The notes beneath the pieces were generated by a model. The model saw nothing but the letters and a program-made list of their open reading frames with translations, had not been told where the DNA came from and ran no database searches. Below are positions 25,016 to 32,000 of a stretch of 32,000 nt of DNA, piece by piece (position 1 is the stretch's first letter; each line of letters starts with the position of its first letter). The translations under genes and the position numbers were made by a program. Source of the stretch: Akkermansia muciniphila ATCC BAA-835 (lineage in GTDB: Bacteria > Verrucomicrobiota > Verrucomicrobiia > Verrucomicrobiales > Akkermansiaceae). The stretch is taken from positions 600,001-632,000 of the forward strand of contig NC_010655.1 of NCBI RefSeq assembly GCF_000020225.1. The letters are read 5' to 3'.

Positions 25016-26875
25016 TTAGAAAGCGGCTTCAATCTTCGTAATAGTATACACCTTTTTTTTGTCGCCGTCCATCGGGACAATCTTCACCTGGTCCCCTACG
25101 CTTTTGCCCGTCAGCTCCTTGCCGACCTGGGAAAGATAGGAGACGATATGCTTTTCCGGATTTGTGTCCCACGCGCCCAGAATGGTGTACACCACGGGCT
25201 CCCCGCCATTCAACGGCTGAAGAGTCACCTTCGTTCCCATGGCGGCGCGGGAGGTATCCGTCACGGCAAAGTCCGTGCCGCGGGCCAGGGCCAGCGCATG
25301 TTCCAGTTCCGCCCGGCGGCGGTTGAGCACCTTCTCCACTTCCTTGGCATCCTGGTAGCCGCCGTTTTCGCGGAGATCCCCCTCCGCACGGGAAATCTTC
25401 TTGTTATGCAGGTTTTCCGGAATTTTCACGTTTACCAGTTCTTCCAGCTCCTTCTTGCGGGCCTCCAGGCTTTCCCAGGAAACGAAAATCGGTTCCGGTT
25501 TGTCGGAGTTGTCCACCAGGGCGTCCAGCACAATGGCGTGCAGGTCCGGGAATACGCTGATGATGCGGGCCATCAGCGCGCCGCGGTCCTGTTCGGAGAA
25601 AGCGGAGGTGTTGTACAGCATCTTGGCAAACTGGCGGACTTCCGCCACATCCTGCCCCTTGATCATTTCCTGGATGATGCTCTTATCCTCCATGAACAGG
25701 TTCTTCAGGCGCAGCATGCGGTTGGGGCCGCCGTCCATGTGGTCCTGTTCAATCAGGGAAAGCATCGCAATGCCCACAGGGAGGCCAAAAAGAGGCTTGG
25801 AAGCGTCATGCCGCTGGCGGCATATCCAGATGAGGGACTCCGCCGGAAGGGTCTGGCGCAGCAATTCATGCTTCAAATGCTTGACCAGTACCTTGTCCTG
25901 CCCTTCTTCTATCAGGAATTTGGCGATTTCCCCCACGGCGCGGGCGCCGCCTGCATCAAAAAGCTCCAGCGCCTTCTGCGGCCAATCCTCCCCAAAGATG
26001 GCGGGCAGCGTGGCATACACGCGCTTCTGCCGCACGGCAGGCATGGAATTGAGCACTTCCGCGAAGCGGCCCACATCGCCGATATTGGCTTCCACGATGG
26101 AACGAAGGGGATAAGCTTCCTTGGCCGCCTCCGTATTTTTAAGGGAGGCAATCAGGTCATCCCTGAGCACGGCCAGCTCCAGCACCTGCTGGAGAGCCAG
26201 GCTGCCGCCGTTGCGCACATCAGCATCCACGGCACGAATCAGGGCATTGACGGCATCCGGCTCTGCCATGACCGCTTCCATTTTGATGCCGTCCAGCACA
26301 CGCACCTTGGCTTTCAGGTCGGCGGCCTTATTGTAATCTTCCAGGGCCGCCTGCGCGCGGGAAAGGATATTCGCGCGAAGCGTGATGCGTTCGCCCTTGC
26401 GGGTGGGCATCATGAACTGGACATTGGAACGGAGCATGGCGCGCACCTTGTCCCACCAGTTTTTCCACTTGTCCGCCGCAATTACGGTGCCTTTCAGCGC
26501 GGCTTCCAGCTTCTCCGGAGTAAGGGAATTACCGTAGCCCTGCAAGGTAACGCGCACCAGTTCCACCGGGTCATCCACGGACAGGTTGATCAGGGATTCG
26601 GTATCTTCATACCGCTTGGCCAGGAAATGGTCGTCACTGATGAACTCCAAAATTCTGGGAGCGAATTCCAGGGCAACTTCGTGTTCCGGATTTTCCTCAA
26701 AATCAATGACCAGCTTTTTGGCGGGGAGATTCCAGGAAATGACTTTTCCGGCGCCCCAGGAAGCATGGAAGCAGTAACGGCCAGGTGCGATGCGATCAAG
26801 TTTTTCGGCGAGAGAGGGGGTAATTTTCCCCAGAGACAATAATTTCTCCAAGTCGGCGTGCATACTAAAGCACAT
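25016..26875 (-). CDS. greA: Long-form GreA/GreB-family transcript cleavage factor (619 aa: roughly 460-aa N-terminal extension plus a C-terminal Gre module)
   Basis: The C-terminal roughly 155 aa carry the Gre coiled-coil tip RAEGDLRENGGYQDAKE (compare GDLSENAEYHAAKE, with the acidic D and E conserved). The globular domain is present as VTLQPLNGGEPVVYTILGAWDTNPEKHIVSYLSQVGKELTGKSVGDQV. The start is at 26875 (MCFSM) or 26863 (MHADLEK). Confidence 0.85.
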   Translation of the reverse strand: MCFSMHADLEKLLSLGKITPSLAEKLDRIAPGRYCFHASWGAGKVISWNLPAKKLVIDFEENPEHEVALEFAPRILEFISDDHFLAKRYEDTESLINLSVDDPVELVRVTLQGYGNSLTPEKLEAALKGTVIAADKWKNWWDKVRAMLRSNVQFMMPTRKGERITLRANILSRAQAALEDYNKAADLKAKVRVLDGIKMEAVMAEPDAVNALIRAVDADVRNGGSLALQQVLELAVLRDDLIASLKNTEAAKEAYPLRSIVEANIGDVGRFAEVLNSMPAVRQKRVYATLPAIFGEDWPQKALELFDAGGARAVGEIAKFLIEEGQDKVLVKHLKHELLRQTLPAESLIWICRQRHDASKPLFGLPVGIAMLSLIEQDHMDGGPNRMLRLKNLFMEDKSIIQEMIKGQDVAEVRQFAKMLYNTSAFSEQDRGALMARIISVFPDLHAIVLDALVDNSDKPEPIFVSWESLEARKKELEELVNVKIPENLHNKKISRAEGDLRENGGYQDAKEVEKVLNRRRAELEHALALARGTDFAVTDTSRAAMGTKVTLQPLNGGEPVVYTILGAWDTNPEKHIVSYLSQVGKELTGKSVGDQVKIVPMDGDKKKVYTITKIEAAF

Positions 26876-27106
26876 GATACGCCCCCCCCTACCGGTATCA
26901 AGACTAATTTCCCTCTTCCGTCCGGAGGCATCCCGAACGGCTTTCCAAAGCCGCCACGGAGACAGCGTCCGTCCGCGTCATGCTCCGACTTCGCATTCGG
27001 GTTTCGCTTCTTTTTCCCTCCCCTCCTTCATCCAGTTGCGGCTTGACCGTGCGGAGCGTCTGGCGTAACATCTCCGCACGCATTCAACCCCTGCGCAACA
27101 CGTATC

Positions 27107-27817
27107 ATGGAACCTATTTACGAAGGGAAGGCCAAACGCCTTTATACGACTGACAATCCCAACGTCCTCCGCATGGAATACAAGGACGACGCCACTGCCG
27201 GAAACGGAGCCAAGAAGGCCCAGTTTGAAAACAAGGGCAGGATGAATAAGGCCATCACCCTGGTCATCTACCGCATGCTGGAAAGCAAGGGCGTGAAAAC
27301 CCACCTGGTTGCGGACGTGGACGACATCAACATTGACGTAAAAAAGGTTTCCATCCTTCCTCTGGAAGTGATCGTGCGCAACATCGCCGCCGGCTCCTTC
27401 AGCCGCCGCATGGGCGTCAAGGAAGGCACCCCCTTCAAGAAGCCGATCGTGGAATTTTCCTACAAGGACGACAGCCTGGGCGACCCCTTCATTAATGATG
27501 ACTACGCCCGGGAAATGAACGCCGCTACGGAAGAGGAATGCGTCTTCCTGAAGAATCAGGCCCGCATCGTGAATGACGTGCTGATTGACTTTTTCAAACA
27601 GGTCGGCCTTACGCTGGTGGACTTCAAAATCGAGTTCGGCCGCTTGGCGGAAGATCCCTCCCAAATCGTGCTGGCAGATGAAATTTCCCCGGATACCTGC
27701 CGCCTGTGGGACATCAAAACCGGCGAGAAGATGGACAAGGACCGCTTCCGCCAGGACCTCGGCAACGTGATGGAAGCCTACGAAGAAGTCCTTTCCCGGC
27801 TCCAGAACAAGGCTTGA
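27107..27817 (+). CDS. purC: Phosphoribosylaminoimidazole-succinocarboxamide (SAICAR) synthase
   Basis: MEPIYEGKAKRLYTTDNP...LEVIVRNIAAGSFSRR...VLADEISPDTCRLWD: the canonical PurC blocks are present, and the protein is 236 aa. Confidence 0.95.
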   Translation: MEPIYEGKAKRLYTTDNPNVLRMEYKDDATAGNGAKKAQFENKGRMNKAITLVIYRMLESKGVKTHLVADVDDINIDVKKVSILPLEVIVRNIAAGSFSRRMGVKEGTPFKKPIVEFSYKDDSLGDPFINDDYAREMNAATEEECVFLKNQARIVNDVLIDFFKQVGLTLVDFKIEFGRLAEDPSQIVLADEISPDTCRLWDIKTGEKMDKDRFRQDLGNVMEAYEEVLSRLQNKA

Positions 27818-27836
27818 GCCTCTTCCCCCTTCCCAT

Positions 27837-27867
27837 GGGAGCCGGTCTTCCGCCGGCCCCCATTTTT
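27837..27867 (+). terminator. Terminator-like hairpin between purC and purS (possible partial terminator or attenuator)
   Basis: Stem gggagccgg (27837-27845) / ccggccccc (27853-27861), 9 bp with one A-C mismatch and a 7-nt loop. It is followed by aTTTTTcaTTTT (27862-27873). It starts 19 nt after the purC stop and ends 25 nt before the purS ATG. Confidence 0.4.
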
Positions 27868-27891
27868 CATTTTACCACACTCTTGAGCGAT

Positions 27892-28338
27892 ATGACCCTC
27901 CACTTTGAAGTTATCAGCCGGTTCCAGGCCGCCGCCAATGCGGACGCCCTGCTCTATACCCCCCTGAACGCCGGCCTCACTTTCCGCCGCAGCCGCGTTT
28001 ACACCGTAGAAATCACCGGGGACGAACAAAAAGCCCGCGAATACCTCCTGAGTGTGCTGGTGGACCCCATTTCCCAGGAATGCACGGAACAGAACGCTCC
28101 CATCCTGAAAGGCGCCCTGTTCACGATTGACTACGGCATGAAAGCCGGCGCCCTGGATCTGGAAAAAGAAGCCATCCTGCAAAACTACCGCGGGCGCCGG
28201 AATATGGGCTTTACTATGGACGGCCTGAAAATCACCCAGCGCGTGTACGTCTTCGGCCAGGGAGACAAGGAAACCCTGGCGGCGCGCTTTGCCAAGGACG
28301 TCTGCAACCCCGCCATTCACAACTGGACCATCGCCTAA
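27892..28338 (+). CDS. purS: PurS-like FGAM synthase subunit, double length (148 aa, two PurS-like halves)
   Basis: ATG at 27892 (MTLHFEV). The C-terminal half matches the PurS pattern (MKAGALDLEKEAILQNY...LKITQRVYVF...AKDVCNPAIHNWTI). The N-terminal half shows the same architecture in degenerate form (...RSRVYTVEITGDEQKAREYLLSVLVDPISQE). It sits between purC and purL. Confidence 0.8.
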   Translation: MTLHFEVISRFQAAANADALLYTPLNAGLTFRRSRVYTVEITGDEQKAREYLLSVLVDPISQECTEQNAPILKGALFTIDYGMKAGALDLEKEAILQNYRGRRNMGFTMDGLKITQRVYVFGQGDKETLAARFAKDVCNPAIHNWTIA

Positions 28339-28359
28339 CCCTTTTCCTTTCCCATCCAC

Positions 28360-30762
28360 ATGTCCGCCAAAACCTACCGAACCGTTCCCGTGAGGAACCT
28401 GAGCAGCGACGAACTGCTTGAGCTCAGCAAGAAACAGAAGCTTTCCCTGTCCCGTGAAGACATGGAAGTCGTCCAGCAGATTTTCCGGGAAATCGACCGC
28501 GACCCCACTGACGTGGAACTGGAAGTAATCGCCCAGACGTGGTCGGAACACTGCAAACACCGCATCTTCTCCGCCTCCATCAGCCACAGCGTCAACGGCG
28601 GCGCACCGGAGACGGTGAACAGCCTGTTCAAGACCTACATCAAGAAGCCTTCCGAAAAGATCATGGAACGCAAACCGGGCTTCGTGCTCAGCGCGTTTGA
28701 CGACAATGCCGGCTTCATCGCCCTGGACGACAACCTGGCCGTCTGCCTGAAGGCGGAAACGCACAACCACCCCTCCGCCATTGAACCGTACGCGGGGGCC
28801 AACACCGGGCTGGGCGGCGTTATCCGCGACATCCTGGGCGCAGGCAAGGGTGCCAAGCCCATCGCCTCCCTGGATGTCTTCTGCTTCGGCGCTCCGGACA
28901 CGAATCCGGCAGACATCACCGCCCCGGACGTCATCCACCCCCTGGGCATCATGCGCGGCGTGGTGCGCGGCGTGCGCGACTACGGCAACCGCATGGGCAT
29001 TCCCACCGTCAACGGCGCCATCCAGTTTGACCCCACGTACATTTACAACCCCCTCGTCTTCTGCGGCACCGCCGGCGTGATTCCGCGCGGCGACATCCTG
29101 AAGGAAATGCGTCCCGGCCTCAAGGTCATCGTCATCGGCGGGCGCACGGGACGGGACGGCCTCAAGGGAGCCACGTTCTCTTCCGCCGCTCTGGATGAAG
29201 CCTCCCATGAGGAAGACTTCACCGCCGTGCAAATCGGTAACCCGATTGAAGAGAAGAAAACGCTGGACTTCATTCTGGAAGCGCGCGAACGCGGCCTCAT
29301 CGTCTTTATTACGGACTGCGGCGCCGGCGGCTTCTCTTCCGCCGCCGGGGAAATGCTCTCCGTCACGGGCGGTGAAATTTTCCTGGACAACGCCCCTCTC
29401 AAGGAACCGGGCCTCATCTCCTGGGAAATCTTCCTGTCGGAATCCCAGGAACGCATGGTTATGGCCGTGGAGGAAAAAGACCTTCCGGAACTCCGGAAGC
29501 TGGCAGACACCTTCCAGACGGAACTGACCGTCCTAGGCCATTCCGACGATACGGGAATCCTGAAGGTCTGGCACAAGGGGGAACTCGTCTGCTGCCTGGA
29601 CAACTCCAAGCTGCATGACGCCCCCATCAAGAAGCTGGAATCCGTATTCACTCCCGGCAAGGCGCTCACGGGCCAGCCCCTCCCGGACAAGGATCTGAAT
29701 AAATCCCTGGAAACCGTGATGGGGGATTTCGCCATCGTTTCCCGGGAACCCATCATCCGCGAGTATGACCACGAGGTGCAGGGCAACACCATCCTGAAGC
29801 CTCTGGCGGGCGCCCAGGCGGACGCTCCGCAGGACGGCTCCGTGGTGGATATCGACGGCTCGGACAAATGCATGGCCATGGCTTGCGCCATTCTTCCGGA
29901 ATGGGGCAAAACGGATCCCTACGCCATGGGTACCGGCACCGTGGATGAATGTGTGCGCCAGCTCATCCTGGTTGGCTCCAACCCGGACAAAATCGGCCTG
30001 CTGGACAACTTCTGCATGGGTAATCCGGAAGATCCGGCGGAACTCGGCCGCCTGGTGGAATGCGTGAAAGCCATCGCCAAGGCGGCGGACGCGTACAATG
30101 CCCCCTTCATTTCCGGCAAGGACTCCTTCTACAACTATTTTGAAACGGAAGACGGCCCTATCAACGTGCCCGTCACCTTCCTCTGCTCCGGCTTTGGTGT
30201 GGTGGAAAACCCGGACCACGTCATCGGTTCTTCCCTGAGGCGGAGCAACAGCCTGCTGTACCTCATCGGCCATACGGAAGATGAAATGGGCGGTTCCGTC
30301 TTCGCCCGCACCCACGGGGTGGAAGACGGCAAGGTTCCCCAGACGGACTGCGCCGCGAACATGGAACTGTACAAAGCCTACTACGGCGCCCTGACTTCCG
30401 GTCTGGTGCTCTCCGCCCATGACGTTTCCGAAGGCGGCCTGGCCGTCACGGCGGCGGAAATGGCCTTTTCCGGCAAGGGAGGCGTTCGGCTGGATCTCAC
30501 GAAAGTACCGACCGTCAACGGCTGGAAATCCCCCGCAGTGCCTCTGTTCAGTGAAAGCACGGGCCGCATCCTTGTGGAGGTGGATCCGGAATTCGCCGCG
30601 GATTTTGAAACGGCTATGGACGGCTTCCCCTGCGCCTGCATCGGCGGTGTTACGGAGGAAAAGCGTCTCACGGCCACCTGCTGCGGCGGAGAAAAGGTGC
30701 TGGATTGCGACATAGCCAACCTCAAAAAACTCTGGAAGGACGGACTTACCCCCTATTATTGA
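28360..30762 (+). CDS. purL: Phosphoribosylformylglycinamidine synthase subunit PurL (FGAM synthase II)
   Basis: Blocks present: DPTDVELEVIAQTWSEHCKHRIF, ETHNHPSAIEPYAGANTGLGGVIRDI, DCGAGGFSSAAGEM, SESQERMVMAV, ISGKDSF. These are the duplicated AIR-synthase-like domains typical of small PurL. Confidence 0.95.
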   Translation: MSAKTYRTVPVRNLSSDELLELSKKQKLSLSREDMEVVQQIFREIDRDPTDVELEVIAQTWSEHCKHRIFSASISHSVNGGAPETVNSLFKTYIKKPSEKIMERKPGFVLSAFDDNAGFIALDDNLAVCLKAETHNHPSAIEPYAGANTGLGGVIRDILGAGKGAKPIASLDVFCFGAPDTNPADITAPDVIHPLGIMRGVVRGVRDYGNRMGIPTVNGAIQFDPTYIYNPLVFCGTAGVIPRGDILKEMRPGLKVIVIGGRTGRDGLKGATFSSAALDEASHEEDFTAVQIGNPIEEKKTLDFILEARERGLIVFITDCGAGGFSSAAGEMLSVTGGEIFLDNAPLKEPGLISWEIFLSESQERMVMAVEEKDLPELRKLADTFQTELTVLGHSDDTGILKVWHKGELVCCLDNSKLHDAPIKKLESVFTPGKALTGQPLPDKDLNKSLETVMGDFAIVSREPIIREYDHEVQGNTILKPLAGAQADAPQDGSVVDIDGSDKCMAMACAILPEWGKTDPYAMGTGTVDECVRQLILVGSNPDKIGLLDNFCMGNPEDPAELGRLVECVKAIAKAADAYNAPFISGKDSFYNYFETEDGPINVPVTFLCSGFGVVENPDHVIGSSLRRSNSLLYLIGHTEDEMGGSVFARTHGVEDGKVPQTDCAANMELYKAYYGALTSGLVLSAHDVSEGGLAVTAAEMAFSGKGGVRLDLTKVPTVNGWKSPAVPLFSESTGRILVEVDPEFAADFETAMDGFPCACIGGVTEEKRLTATCCGGEKVLDCDIANLKKLWKDGLTPYY

Positions 30763-30810
30763 CCTCCTGAAACCGGCATCTTATCAAACCATCGATTTAT
30801 TTCTACCAAT

Positions 30811-31518
30811 ATGCCTCACGCACTTTTACTGAAATACCCCGGCACCAACTGCGATGTGGAAACGGAACGCGCCCTGCGCGCGGCAGGGTTCTCCACCCAG
30901 ATCCAGCCCATCGCCACGGCTACGCCGGAACACGTCGCAAAATCCCAGCTTGTCGTCCTGGGCGGCGGCTTCAGCTACGGAGACTACGTCACCAGCGGCC
31001 GCCTGGCCCAGTTGGAAACGGAACGCTTCCTGGGAGATGCCCTGCAGCGGCACCATGCCGGAGGAGGCATGCTCCTGGGCATCTGCAACGGGTTCCAGAT
31101 TCTCACCAAGCTGGGCATTCTTCCCGACTCCAGCCTGATTGACAACAAAAAGGAACGCTTTGAATGCGTCTGGGCTAAACTGGTGAAAGTAGCCAGGAAC
31201 TCTCCCTTCCTTCAAGGCCTGCCGGATGAATTCGAACTGCCCTCCGCCCATGCGGAAGGGCGCCTGGTCACCCGTCCCGGAGATGCGGAAAAATACCTGG
31301 CTTCCGGGAATGTGGCTCTCCAGTACGTAGACAACCGCGACGGCTGCGAATGCAGTATCGCCGGCCTCCAGGATTCCACCGGGCGCGCCATGGGTCTGAT
31401 GCCCCATCCGGAACGCTTTCTGCTGCCCCGCCACCACTATGACAAGGACTGGGCCGGCAACGAAGACTGGGGCTGGGGGTACTTCCTCTTCAAATCCGCC
31501 TTTGACGCCCTGAAATAA
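30811..31518 (+). CDS. purQ: Phosphoribosylformylglycinamidine synthase glutaminase subunit PurQ
   Basis: Class I amidotransferase. Blocks present: GGFSYGDY, the nucleophile elbow LLGICNGFQIL, and the catalytic His-Glu region in MPHPER. Confidence 0.95.
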   Translation: MPHALLLKYPGTNCDVETERALRAAGFSTQIQPIATATPEHVAKSQLVVLGGGFSYGDYVTSGRLAQLETERFLGDALQRHHAGGGMLLGICNGFQILTKLGILPDSSLIDNKKERFECVWAKLVKVARNSPFLQGLPDEFELPSAHAEGRLVTRPGDAEKYLASGNVALQYVDNRDGCECSIAGLQDSTGRAMGLMPHPERFLLPRHHYDKDWAGNEDWGWGYFLFKSAFDALK

Positions 31519-31558
31519 AGGTCCATTTCCCATTAACCGCTCCCCCCGCATTCATTCC

Positions 31559-32000
31559 ATGACAGATACGGCCCTCATCGGTTCTTCTTGCGCCCTCGGC
31601 GTTTTCTGGTCCTCAAAACGGTACTTTGACTACCTGATTGATGAAACCAACCTGTCCCTGCTGCGCGGCAAGGAATTCGGGCAGGCCGTCATTATCTGTC
31701 CCTCCCTCCGGGAAGGGGGCACGGCCATTCGGGGGAATACGGCTCCCTTTCTGGCTCAGGTTAAAACCCTGATTGATCTCCTGCATGAGGTGAAGGCGGA
31801 ACGGGTGACCTACATCACCAGCATTGACACCCAGCCGGAAACGGGAAATGAACTTTCTCCCTTGCTCCGAGAAACGGAGGACGAATGGCTGGCGGCTCTG
31901 GTAGAGCTGAAAGACTTCATCAACCTCCGGTTCGGCCGCGTGCTGAACGTTTACCTTCCGGAAGTCACCGGAACGGGAGCAGGCATGAGTGTGGCGGATC
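31559..32000 (+). CDS. Hypothetical protein, N-terminal 147 aa; the gene runs off the window end
   Basis: An ATG at 31559 opens a stop-free frame to the window end: MTDTALIGSSCALGVFWSSKRYFDYLIDETNLSLLRGKEFGQAVIICPSLREGG...RVTYITSIDTQPETGNELSP... It is absent from the ORF track because it has no stop. The composition looks protein-like, but I recognise no family. Confidence 0.45.
   Translation, partial: MTDTALIGSSCALGVFWSSKRYFDYLIDETNLSLLRGKEFGQAVIICPSLREGGTAIRGNTAPFLAQVKTLIDLLHEVKAERVTYITSIDTQPETGNELSPLLRETEDEWLAALVELKDFINLRFGRVLNVYLPEVTGTGAGMSVAD

Noticed and set aside
26876-27106. A possible purine or ZTP (pfl) riboswitch upstream of purC, since the leader contains 'tctggcg'.
   Set aside because: There is no CCGCCTGGGC-type 3' pseudoknot element and no purine-riboswitch three-way junction core. 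Only a simple hairpin is visible, and it is reported separately at low interest.
1-32000. A search for CRISPR repeats, IS elements or transposases, integrases, phage genes, rRNA or tRNA genes, toxin-antitoxin pairs or known defence modules.
   Set aside because: I saw no regularly spaced direct repeats, terminal inverted repeats, DDE or tyrosine-recombinase-like ORFs or conserved RNA-gene signatures. Apart from short AT-rich promoter or spacer blocks, I saw no obvious compositional island by eye. The gene content is housekeeping, so there is no sign of an island.

Overview
The window looks like a gene-dense (about 90% coding), roughly 57% GC stretch of core bacterial chromosome. The protein set suggests a PVC-group organism, probably an Akkermansia-like Verrucomicrobiota; that assignment is inference, not a database hit. 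I can support 28 coding regions. They are: the start of an F-type ATP synthase operon (atpB-atpE-atpF, minus strand); a 733-aa orphan lipoprotein; an L,D-transpeptidase followed by a PBP2-type transpeptidase; a DUF5009/HGSNAT-like membrane acyltransferase; a GH36/raffinose-synthase-like glycosidase; an alpha/beta-hydrolase; an HdeD-like membrane protein; a ThiF/MoeB E1-like enzyme; KdsD; a two-gene secreted operon containing a QW-repeat alpha/alpha-toroid protein; DoxX; CysE; ProB-ProA; transketolase; a long-form GreA-family factor; purC-purS-purL-purQ; and several secreted hypotheticals. I found six intrinsic terminator hairpins by eye. I see no rRNA, tRNA, CRISPR array, transposase, integrase, phage gene or recognisable defence or toxin module. 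I could not identify a convincing new multi-gene system; this reads as an ordinary housekeeping region. The observations most worth a second look are listed here. (1) A double-length, internally duplicated PurS. (2) A 619-aa Gre factor with a roughly 460-aa N-terminal extension. (3) A roughly 360-bp ORF-free island bracketed by two strong terminators, which could hold an ncRNA. (4) A terminator-bracketed two-gene secreted operon of unknown function. (5) A secreted protein made of two copies of a Cys-containing module. (6) A PBP2 with long disordered tails and a repeated terminal motif. (7) A hydrolase whose nucleophile-elbow Ser and Asp are swapped. The many long antisense ORFs in the track are shadow frames.
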